Source: Candidatus Limnocylindrales bacterium (GTDB taxonomy: Bacteria; Moduliflexota; Moduliflexia; Moduliflexales; JAUQPW01). Taken from it: DNA of 64,000 nt. Position numbers and translations under genes: made by a program. Position 1 is the stretch's first letter. Every line of letters starts with the position of its first letter. Location: NCBI GenBank assembly GCA_035559535.1, contig DATMBG010000045.1, forward strand, positions 1 to 64,000. Reading direction: 5' to 3'. The notes under the pieces are model-generated. The model saw nothing but the letters and a program-made list of their open reading frames with translations. It was not told the DNA's origin and made no database searches. This document shows, piece after piece, positions 40,370 through 48,672 of the stretch.

Positions 40370-41923
40370 ATGGCGATGAACTTAACAAATTTATCACTGC
40401 GAGCTATACAAATTCGACTTTTTTTGACCTGCTGGATGATCTTTGTTTTACACTTTGCAACGGATTTTGTGCGGGAACATTATCTGGTTTTGAGTATCGT
40501 CGATGATTTTTCCTTTCGGCTCGATAAATATGCAGATCTTCATCCGGATATTTTCGTAATACCCGGTCGGGGTGCCTATCACGGCGCTAACCCCGGGGCT
40601 TCTATGATAGGAGCCATCCCCTACTTTATATTTAAACCCATCATTCATCGGATCGCCCACTATGATCCCAAGGCAGCGCCACGACCTCCCTCTGGAGAGG
40701 AGATATCTGCCGAATACAAAGATCCTCGACCCTTGCGGGTTAAATTCTACAAGCAGGTTCGGGAAAGGGGTCTGGATAAGCTATTCGGACTTGTAGGTTT
40801 TGTAACAATGGCCTTTGCTATGGCACCTCTTTCGGCCCTCGGTGCCGTCACGATGTTCAACACCTTGGGCAAATTAGGCCTTTCAAATCAGCTCTCCCTG
40901 GGAATGTCCCTACTCTATGCTCTGGGGACCCCCATCTTTTTTAGAACCGGCTACCTTAATCAGAACCTCATGGTGGGTATCTTCGCATTCATGGCCTTCA
41001 GTCTCCTTTGGCAACCGGAGCAAAGAAACCCCTCCAGGGTCCGATCCCGATATATCCTTGCAGGACTTCTCGGAGGTCTGGCTTTTCTCTGTGATTATAG
41101 TGGTGGAATCGCTTTGTTTTTAGTGGGTTGTTATGGCCTCCTGCGACGCAGGGACTCGGTCTCCTTCCCACAGGCTTTCAAAGACTCTCTTTGGTATGCG
41201 GTCGGTGCTGTAGGACCTGTAGCTCTGCTCTGGTTTTATCAGTGGAGTTGTTTTGGAAACCCCTTCTACCCGCCACAACACCATATGGCTCCCAAGGAAT
41301 GGATGGACGTTGGCTATAAAGGGGTTGGATGGCCTACCAAAGAACTTACCTGGAGACTTTTGTTTGATCCCCAATTTGGATTGTTTATAGCTTCTCCAAT
41401 TTTATTACTTGCTTTTTTTGCTCCCGTTCTGACTCGCTTTAAGAAAAATATCCTCCCGGCCCGGGAAACCTGGTTTGCCCTGATCTTTTTTGTAACCTTT
41501 TTGCTGTTCTTCGGAAGCGTTCAATACACCCGACTTCAATGGAACACGGGAATCCGCTATATAATCCCGGTAATCCCCTTTCTCTTTTTACTCACGGTTG
41601 CCGTCCTGATACGAATGCCCCGGATATGGGTCTATACCTTTGCCGTCCTCGCCTTTGCAGAATCCTGGTGTATGAGTATGGTCCGCAACCAGAGTTTCCA
41701 GACAGGCATTTTGGATTCGGTTATTCAGGTCTTCCTCCAGGGTTTTCAACTGCCCTGGCTGACGACCCTGTCTAAAATGGCAGCCCAATATGCCCCATTT
41801 TTGGAAAACGGTGGCGTGTCCCCCCTTCCTTTATTTGTGTTATGGGGATCCCTGATTTATGGTATCTGGCGGTTTAAACTCCCCAGCGAAAAGGTCCAAA
41901 AACTAGACGCCTCCGAAAGATAA
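40370..41923 (+). CDS. polytopic membrane protein, probable GT-C fold glycosyltransferase
   Basis: first TM then VRE loop, ALGTP, CDY, FGNPF, GLFIASP, GIRY. Confidence 0.6.
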   Translation: MAMNLTNLSLRAIQIRLFLTCWMIFVLHFATDFVREHYLVLSIVDDFSFRLDKYADLHPDIFVIPGRGAYHGANPGASMIGAIPYFIFKPIIHRIAHYDPKAAPRPPSGEEISAEYKDPRPLRVKFYKQVRERGLDKLFGLVGFVTMAFAMAPLSALGAVTMFNTLGKLGLSNQLSLGMSLLYALGTPIFFRTGYLNQNLMVGIFAFMAFSLLWQPEQRNPSRVRSRYILAGLLGGLAFLCDYSGGIALFLVGCYGLLRRRDSVSFPQAFKDSLWYAVGAVGPVALLWFYQWSCFGNPFYPPQHHMAPKEWMDVGYKGVGWPTKELTWRLLFDPQFGLFIASPILLLAFFAPVLTRFKKNILPARETWFALIFFVTFLLFFGSVQYTRLQWNTGIRYIIPVIPFLFLLTVAVLIRMPRIWVYTFAVLAFAESWCMSMVRNQSFQTGILDSVIQVFLQGFQLPWLTTLSKMAAQYAPFLENGGVSPLPLFVLWGSLIYGIWRFKLPSEKVQKLDASER

Positions 41924-41940
41924 GAATCCTTCCCCTCGCT

Positions 41941-41982
41941 CCCTCCCCTTCCCTCCCCGTGGACGGGGAGGGAAGGGGAGGG
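41941..41982. repeat. family A palindromic repeat
   Basis: ccctccccttccctcccc-gtggac-ggggagggaaggggaggg. Confidence 0.85.
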
Positions 41983-42189
41983 ACTATTTAGACAAAATCA
42001 TCGGATAATAAATCTCTTTCAATTCAAAAAGGGTACTTTTTACGAAAAGGTATAGGCTTTGCGTAAAATCAATTTAAAACAGCAGATTCATCACAAGAGC
42101 CGTTAGAATCGCAATAGCCTGGTATATCCTATGAATAAAAATACTTACTCTCTGTTATTAGTACCTTTTGTAAAATTGCGTCGTTCTCG

Positions 42190-42480
42190 GCCCTCACCCC
42201 CGGCCCCTCTCCCACGCTGTGGGAGAAGGGAGGCCATTTTAAGGTTAAGCTGAAAAGTCCCATCGGGGGGGGGAACAACGGGTAGCCCCCGACTTACGTC
42301 AGGGGATCCAGTCATCCAGAATTTTCTTCAAGCTCCGAAGGAAGCCCCCCCCACTCCTCTATATCCCCCCGTACATGGGGGGAAGGGGGGCGGGGGAATT
42401 GAGGAGTGGTCTGTTAAACAGGTCGCCCTGCCGGGGCTGATTTTCTTATCCTGGCCCGTAGGGGGGCCGGGAGTGAGGGA
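42190..42480 (-). repeat. composite repeat: copy 3 of the ~140-bp element with a nested 63-bp insertion
   Basis: reverse complement matches 35496-35700 except 42343-42405, which is bounded by AGGA direct repeats. Confidence 0.75.
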
Positions 42481-42850
42481 GAGAGAAGTCATGTAGGTTT
42501 AAGCAAATCGGGATTCTATACGAGGGGCAAACGATACGCCGGAGAGATTAAATACCTTTATTGTAAGATGATTAAGTTTGACTCCGAGGGAGTTACTTCT
42601 TTTTTGACGATTCCGCTAAGAGGCTGAGTTCCTGACTGGGATACAGGTCGTGTTCTCATTCAAAAGGCATGGAAATATACCGTTCAGGGGTAGGCAACAA
42701 CCGGCATGGGCCTGTCAGGCTTGGAAGAAGTTCAGCTTATCTGTCTGGGGAATCAGCGGGGAATGGATAGGAAGAATCTTCCATGAAGCCAGGCCGAGGC
42801 CCATGAGGGTAATAGAAGAAACGTATAACCTAAAAAAGGGGGTATAAAAG

Positions 42851-44215
42851 ATGAGAGTTCTTTTGGTAAATCCGTTCCAGGTAAACCTGGTAAATAAGAA
42901 GGGCCGTATTTATAATCGAACCTGGACGCCATTGGATCTGGCCAATTGTGCTGCAATACTGGAAAAAGAGGGTATAGAGGTTGCCATCCTGGACGCCAAT
43001 GCTGAACAAATCGGTCCCCAAGAAGTGGCCAGGCAGGCTATGGGGTATGATAAAGTCTTCATTACTTCGACCAGTCTCGATCGCTGGCAGTGCCCTCAAT
43101 TGGACATCAATCCGTTCTTGAAAACTGTACATACACTAAACCAGGTAGTACCTGAAGTATACGTCATGGGAAGCCATGGAACCGTCAAACCGGTAGAAAT
43201 GTTACAGGAGACTCGAGCTCGGGCGGTTATCCGTGGAGAACCCGAACGAACCGTCCTCGACCTGTGCAAGAATACAAACCTTTCCCAGGTTCTTGGAATT
43301 ACTTACAAAAATGGGGATCAGATCCTATCCAACTCAAATCAAAAGCCGGTTAATCTCAACGAACTGCCTCTACCGGCTTTTCATTTGTTACCCATGAAGC
43401 GTTACTATTATGAAGTGATGGGACCTAATTTCTCTTTATTTGAAATGTCCCGAGGATGTGCTTCTGAATGCACTTTTTGCCTGCTAGAAACCTACGGAGC
43501 CGGGGTACGTCGAAAATATACTGAGAAACTGATCCAAGAAGTTGAGTACGGAATCAAGAACTTCGGAATACGTAATGCCTATTTTATAGACCTGGAATTT
43601 ACTGTTCTCCGCAGACAAGTTATGGAATTCTGCAAGTATCTGATAAAGCAAAATTACCAGTTTAACTGGTGCTGCCAAACTCGATTCGATCTGGTAGATG
43701 AAGAGTTGCTGGACCACATGAAACGGGCCGGCTGTCGACTGATCCACTTCGGCGTCGAAGCAGGGAGCGATAAGACCCTGGAAATTGTGAACAAAGGGAT
43801 TACCATAAAGGCCATTCGGGAAGGAATGAAAAAAGTTAAAAAGGTCGGGATTGAAACGGCCTGCTTTTTCATGATCGGATTCCCTGAATCCGATTATCAA
43901 GATATGCAAGACATTATAAACTTCGCGCTTGAGCTGGGTCCGGATTATCCTCTTTTCCATATCGCAGCCCCTTATCCTGGAACCAAACTCTATGAGCAGG
44001 TCAAGAACGATCCCCACGTTCGTTATAGCGATGAGAGTCTTTTTCCGGAAGCTGTGGTAGGACGCTTTACCTTAGAAGAGCTTAAAGCCATGACCCGCAA
44101 GGCCTATCTCCGGTATTACCTGCGACCGTCCTATGTTTTTTCCCGACTTCGGAAGGGTCAGTTTCATATTCTGGGGAATCAGTTTAAACTCTTTTGGTCG
44201 TTTGTCATGTCTTAA
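42851..44215 (+). CDS. B12-binding domain radical SAM protein (class B methyltransferase-like)
   Basis: N-terminal LVNP..PLDL..AA..GEPE; SRGCASECTFC cluster motif; GVEAG, FMIGFP, PYPGT. Confidence 0.92.
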   Translation: MRVLLVNPFQVNLVNKKGRIYNRTWTPLDLANCAAILEKEGIEVAILDANAEQIGPQEVARQAMGYDKVFITSTSLDRWQCPQLDINPFLKTVHTLNQVVPEVYVMGSHGTVKPVEMLQETRARAVIRGEPERTVLDLCKNTNLSQVLGITYKNGDQILSNSNQKPVNLNELPLPAFHLLPMKRYYYEVMGPNFSLFEMSRGCASECTFCLLETYGAGVRRKYTEKLIQEVEYGIKNFGIRNAYFIDLEFTVLRRQVMEFCKYLIKQNYQFNWCCQTRFDLVDEELLDHMKRAGCRLIHFGVEAGSDKTLEIVNKGITIKAIREGMKKVKKVGIETACFFMIGFPESDYQDMQDIINFALELGPDYPLFHIAAPYPGTKLYEQVKNDPHVRYSDESLFPEAVVGRFTLEELKAMTRKAYLRYYLRPSYVFSRLRKGQFHILGNQFKLFWSFVMS

Positions 44216-44343
44216 GAAGAGCATCCCTGAGCTTAGGAAATATTTATCCTGTAATCGGTCGAGGGCAAATCCTTGGGAGCAAGCAACGGATTGATGTGAA
44301 GGGCCGTCCTTGGAAAACCTCAGAACGAATGGACATATGGGTC

Positions 44344-44440
44344 AGGTCAAGCTGAAAAGTCCCATCAGGAACAAACAGTTGGTAACCTCCCATGAAAGTC
44401 GAGGGATAAAGTATCAGAATTTTTCCACCTCTGCAAAGGA
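44344..44440 (-). repeat. degenerate copy 4 of the ~140-bp element
   Basis: aggtcaagctgaaaagtcccatcagg..ggtaacc..gtcgagggat..cagaatttt matches 42242-42342. Confidence 0.6.
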
Positions 44441-44605
44441 GGGTACCTCCTAAACGGATACAGGCGCAAAGGTACGTAACTGTAACCATTTCATGCGAAA
44501 ATCGCCCTACGATTTTCATGTTTTGTGGCGACCCAACAGGCCTTGATCGTTTAGTAGGTTGAACGTCTCGTTTGACAATAGGAGTCGCTTTCCCCCCTCC
44601 AGGGG

Positions 44606-44738
44606 CAAGGCTGTTAAGTTCTCAAGTATTTCGGGAAGTCTTTGACATTTTTGATAAAGTGAGTCCCAGAGAAGCACCTTAGATTCGTGCTCATCCAAAG
44701 AGACTTATCCGTACTTCTCAGAGAACTTAACAGCCCTG
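44606..44738. mobile_element. 133-bp MITE, 18-bp TIRs, 11-bp target-site duplication
   Basis: TIRs caaggctgttaagttctc / gagaacttaacagccctg (1 mismatch); ccctccagggg at 44595-44605 and 44739-44749. Confidence 0.88.
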
Positions 44739-45038
44739 CCCTCCAGGGGGGACTTCAGTAAGAGCGCTGTATCAGTCCCCCCTGGAGGGGGGGATGGGGG
44801 GGGTGTTCAAACAGAAAAAAGTAACACCTACTAAGTTGTTACAGTGACCAACGGCACCTTTTACCTTGACTTTTATATAGTACCTGGGATAAATTCTTTT
44901 TTTTAAGTCAACGATCATAAACAACTCTAAGCTTTCTAGCATGGTTTTCGTGGGAATGTAGAAGCATTTAAAACCGGCCCCTATCGGACCATGTAGAAAT
45001 TTACAACTAAAAAACAATACAGAGGAGGACTTATCATC

Positions 45039-45230
45039 ATGGTTTTACCTACTTTAATATCCCATACCAGATCGGATCAAATTCTCCCCTTTATCCTTTA
45101 CATCGGACCAGATCAATTTCTACCCCTGGCTTCAGCTTTGGGAGCCATAGTCGGTGTCTTATTAATGTGGTGGCACCGTTTTGCCGACCTGGTCCGCAGG
45201 GCCTGGCAATTTTTCACCAAAAAGCAATAA
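45039..45230 (+). CDS. small single-TM membrane peptide (YIGP motif)
   Basis: strong GAGGAG RBS; LYIGPDQFLPLASALGAIVGVLLMWW then basic tail. Confidence 0.7.
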   Translation: MVLPTLISHTRSDQILPFILYIGPDQFLPLASALGAIVGVLLMWWHRFADLVRRAWQFFTKKQ

Positions 45231-45321
45231 TCTTCGGTCTGGTGTAATCTAAGGTCTTACTGGTTTGCAATTAAGCGAGTAACAGGTTACTGCGAAGTAG
45301 TATTAACGGCTCTGAGGAAAG

Positions 45322-47169
45322 ATGATCAAAAAAGTTATTGTTATCGGGCTTGATGGGTTTGAACCTAAGATCGTAGAATCCATGCTCGCTGCCGGAGAAT
45401 TACCGAACCTGGAGAAATTAAGAAGTCAAGGGGGGTACTCACGGGTTCGCACGACGTATCCGGCTCAAACGCCTGTAGCGTGGTCCACATTTGCCACCGG
45501 TACCAATCCAGGTGGTCATGGAATCTTTGACTTTGTTCGTCGAGATCCTAAAACTTACCTTCCCAATTTCTCCCTCAATCGATATGAACAGAAAAATGCC
45601 TACTTACCCCCTAAGGTGGTGAACCTGCGACGGGGTGTACCGCTATGGGAGCTCCTGTCGGCAGCCGGGATTCCCTCGATCCTGATACGTTTCCCCTGTA
45701 CGTATCCCCCGGATCATATTCGGGGACGGATGTTGGCAGGCATGGGTGTGCCGGATCTACGAGGCGGATTAGGAACCTCAACGTTTTATACTTCCGCCGA
45801 GAACGTGCAGGCCCAGGAAAGTGAGAATGTAATAAAAGTCCAGAGGAATGGAACCGGTCCCTTGACCACCTATCTTATAGGACCCCGTAACCCCAAAACC
45901 CGGTCAAACTTTCAGTTCGAAATCACCATCCGTCTCGAACCCTCTGCAAAGAAGATTATCCTTCAATCCGAGGGACAACCAAAAATACTGGAGGTCTATG
46001 AAGGAAAATGGAGTGATTGGCTTAAAGTAAAGTTCAAAACCGGGTTATTGCAGGGGATACGGGGTATGGTTCGTTTTTATTTGATTCACATAGACCCGGT
46101 GTTTGAACTCTATGCTTCACCGGTCAACTTCGACCCGGAAGGACCCTTATTCCCCATCAGTTCTCCTCCCGAGTATGCCAGGGAGTTGGCCAACAGGTTG
46201 GGAACGTTCTATACTACCGGAATGGTGGAAGATCATGGAGGATTAAACAACGGACGCTTTGACGAAATCGCCTACCTGATGCAGTGTGAAGAGGTACTAC
46301 GGGAACGCGAAAAGATGATGCTCTATGAACTGGAGCGTTTGGAAGAAGGATGGTTTTTTTGTTTGTTTGACACCCCTGACCGTGTTCAACACATGTTTTG
46401 GCGATTCAATGAAAGCGGGCATCCGGCTAATCGAAAGGATGTAACGGCTGACATGAAACAGGTCCTCTCGGAGCACTATCGCGCCTGTGACGCCGTGGTT
46501 GGAAAGGCACTCCAATACGTTGATGATCAAACCCTGTTCATCGTACTCAGTGATCACGGTATGAACAGCTTTCAGCGGGGAATTCATCTGAATACCTGGT
46601 TGTATGACCATGGCTTTTTGGCTTTGCGTAATGGAATTAAACCGGGGAAAGAGGCTGGTGATTTCTTCCGTCATGTGGACTGGGATCACACAAAAGCCTA
46701 TGCGCTGGGTCTGGGAGGTATTTACTTGAATCTGAAGGGGCGAGAAGAAAAGGGGATTGTAGAGGCCCAGGAAGCAGATACCGTGAAGTCTGCTATTATC
46801 CAGGGGCTTACGGGCCTGGGAGATCCGGTTCGAGGAAAAGTGGGCATACGGAGTGTTGTAACCCGAGAGCAGGTCTATAGCGGCCCCTATGCTTCGGAAT
46901 CTCCGGATCTTTTGGTTAACTTTGCCGAGGGTTATCGGGTATCCTGGGTTACGGCACTGGGTGGAATACCTGAAGGACATTTCGAAGATAATACAAAAAA
47001 ATGGGGAGGAGATCATATTATCGATCCCTGTCTGGTTCCTGGGGTATTGTTTATGAACCGGGCGTTTCGTGGGGAAAATGCAAGTCTCATGGATCTGGCT
47101 CCCACCATCCTTGCAGCCTTGGGAGTTCCCAAAGGCCCGGCCATGGAAGGAGAATCTCTGTTGATATGA
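45322..47169 (+). CDS. alkaline phosphatase superfamily, type I phosphodiesterase/nucleotide pyrophosphatase
   Basis: IGLDG, PAQTPVAWS (Thr nucleophile), DRVQH, SDHG, GGDH. Confidence 0.88.
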   Translation: MIKKVIVIGLDGFEPKIVESMLAAGELPNLEKLRSQGGYSRVRTTYPAQTPVAWSTFATGTNPGGHGIFDFVRRDPKTYLPNFSLNRYEQKNAYLPPKVVNLRRGVPLWELLSAAGIPSILIRFPCTYPPDHIRGRMLAGMGVPDLRGGLGTSTFYTSAENVQAQESENVIKVQRNGTGPLTTYLIGPRNPKTRSNFQFEITIRLEPSAKKIILQSEGQPKILEVYEGKWSDWLKVKFKTGLLQGIRGMVRFYLIHIDPVFELYASPVNFDPEGPLFPISSPPEYARELANRLGTFYTTGMVEDHGGLNNGRFDEIAYLMQCEEVLREREKMMLYELERLEEGWFFCLFDTPDRVQHMFWRFNESGHPANRKDVTADMKQVLSEHYRACDAVVGKALQYVDDQTLFIVLSDHGMNSFQRGIHLNTWLYDHGFLALRNGIKPGKEAGDFFRHVDWDHTKAYALGLGGIYLNLKGREEKGIVEAQEADTVKSAIIQGLTGLGDPVRGKVGIRSVVTREQVYSGPYASESPDLLVNFAEGYRVSWVTALGGIPEGHFEDNTKKWGGDHIIDPCLVPGVLFMNRAFRGENASLMDLAPTILAALGVPKGPAMEGESLLI

Positions 47170-48623
47170 AAATTTTAGTTATCGGCCTCGATGGGGCTAC
47201 CCCTGAAGTGTTATTCGGAGATGAACGCCTGGATAATTTCCGTCGTTTAATGGAAGCGGGCTGTTATGGTCGCCTGGAGACTGTTATTCCACCCCATAGA
47301 ATCCCGGCCTGGATGTGTATGGCTACCGGCCAGGACCCCGGCTCGTTGGGAACCTGGGGGCTTCAGAAGCCTACCGATAGCTCTCCTAATAATCTGGAAC
47401 CCGTTACCTCAAAACCCATATCGGAACCTTCCATCTGGAACCAGATAGCCCGGGAGGGGAAGCGAACCTGCCTTATCGGAGTACCCCTATGGGATCCACC
47501 CCAAGAGGGAAAGGGTGTTTGGGTAAGTTGTCCTTTACCCCATAAGGGGATTTATACCTATCCGGCGTCGGTAAACGAGCAGATTAGAAAACTGATAGGC
47601 TCCTATCCGGCGGATGTTAAACATTCTCGTTTTTATAAAAAAGACCAGCTCCTGGAGGAGATTTACACCATGAGTCGCAAACATTTCCAGGTGGTCCGAT
47701 ACTTTTTGCAGAACACAGATTGGGATTATTTTCAATGGGTCGAGATCGGACCGGACCGTTTGCAGCATGGTTTTTGGAGATTCCATGATCCACAACCTCC
47801 GCTCCATGAGCCGGGTAATCCCTATCAGGAAGTCATTCGTGATTACTATCTTTACCTGGATCACGAACTGGGAGCCATCCTGGATCTCCTGAGTGAGGAT
47901 ACCCTCATTTTGGTGATTTCGTGTTATGGTGTAAAACGGCTGGAGGGTGGCTTCTGTCTGAATGAGTGGTTGGTAAGGGAAGGCTTACTTGTGCTCAATG
48001 AATATCCCCAAGAGATTACCGCCTTTAACCAGCTCAGTGTGAATTGGGAAAAGACCCTGGTTTGTGGTGAGGGGGGGTATGCGGCAGGTTTATTCTTTAA
48101 CGTAAAAGGACGGGAACCTCGGGGGACTCTCTCCGAAGCGAATTATGAGAAATTCCGGGATGAAATCAGGAGGAAACTCAAAGCTATCTCAAACGACCAG
48201 GGTAAATCCCTGGAAGCAGTTGTCCTTAAGCCGGAAGAGATTTACACAAAGGTAAGGCCTGGAGTTCCTGACCTGTTGGTTCAGTTTGGTGGCTTTTCCT
48301 GGCGTGTGGTGGACAGTGTAGGACACCAGACCCTTTACCTTCAAGGCAATGATCCCCATCTGGATGACTGTAATCATGGGCAATTTGGGAGCTTTATTTT
48401 AGTAGCACCAGATAATCCTCTCCAGGGTGAAATTGAGAAAGTACGCTTACCAGATATGGCACCAACCCTGTTAGAGTTGGGAGGATATTCTGTGCCTTCC
48501 TCCATGCAGGGAAAATCTCTGCGGGCCAATAAGGTATCTAACGCAATAACTGACGAAGGTTTTTCAGCCGAGGAGGAAGAGATCATTCGGGAACGGTTAA
48601 GTGGATTGGGTTACATTGGATAA
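47166..48623 (+). CDS. phosphodiesterase/nucleotide pyrophosphatase family protein, degenerate active site
   Basis: ATGA overlap start MKILVIGLDG; PPHRIPAW, DRLQH, SCYG, C-terminal RERLSGLGY. Confidence 0.82.
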   Translation: MKILVIGLDGATPEVLFGDERLDNFRRLMEAGCYGRLETVIPPHRIPAWMCMATGQDPGSLGTWGLQKPTDSSPNNLEPVTSKPISEPSIWNQIAREGKRTCLIGVPLWDPPQEGKGVWVSCPLPHKGIYTYPASVNEQIRKLIGSYPADVKHSRFYKKDQLLEEIYTMSRKHFQVVRYFLQNTDWDYFQWVEIGPDRLQHGFWRFHDPQPPLHEPGNPYQEVIRDYYLYLDHELGAILDLLSEDTLILVISCYGVKRLEGGFCLNEWLVREGLLVLNEYPQEITAFNQLSVNWEKTLVCGEGGYAAGLFFNVKGREPRGTLSEANYEKFRDEIRRKLKAISNDQGKSLEAVVLKPEEIYTKVRPGVPDLLVQFGGFSWRVVDSVGHQTLYLQGNDPHLDDCNHGQFGSFILVAPDNPLQGEIEKVRLPDMAPTLLELGGYSVPSSMQGKSLRANKVSNAITDEGFSAEEEEIIRERLSGLGYIG

Positions 48624-48672
48624 ATCCATCGGGAAAAATCTTCCTCGGGTCTTACAGGAGACAGATCATAGG

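Noticed and set aside
42740-42805. Cobalamin riboswitch upstream of the B12 radical SAM gene
   Set aside because: Only GGGAA and AGCCAG fragments; no GCCACTG or complete B12 box
44255-44320. c-di-GMP-I riboswitch (GGGCAAA start)
   Set aside because: Lacks the GNRA-capped P2 and the GACGCAAAG segment
43484-47016. Long minus-strand ORFs (43484..44017, 46297..47016) and other antisense ORFs
   Set aside because: Shadows of well-supported plus-strand genes, with no motifs of their own
27946-47165. ORF-track 5' extensions at 27946, 28884, 33976 and 47001
   Set aside because: The extensions lie in repeats or overlap upstream genes; downstream ATGs (28045, 28959, 34051, 47166) fit domain boundaries
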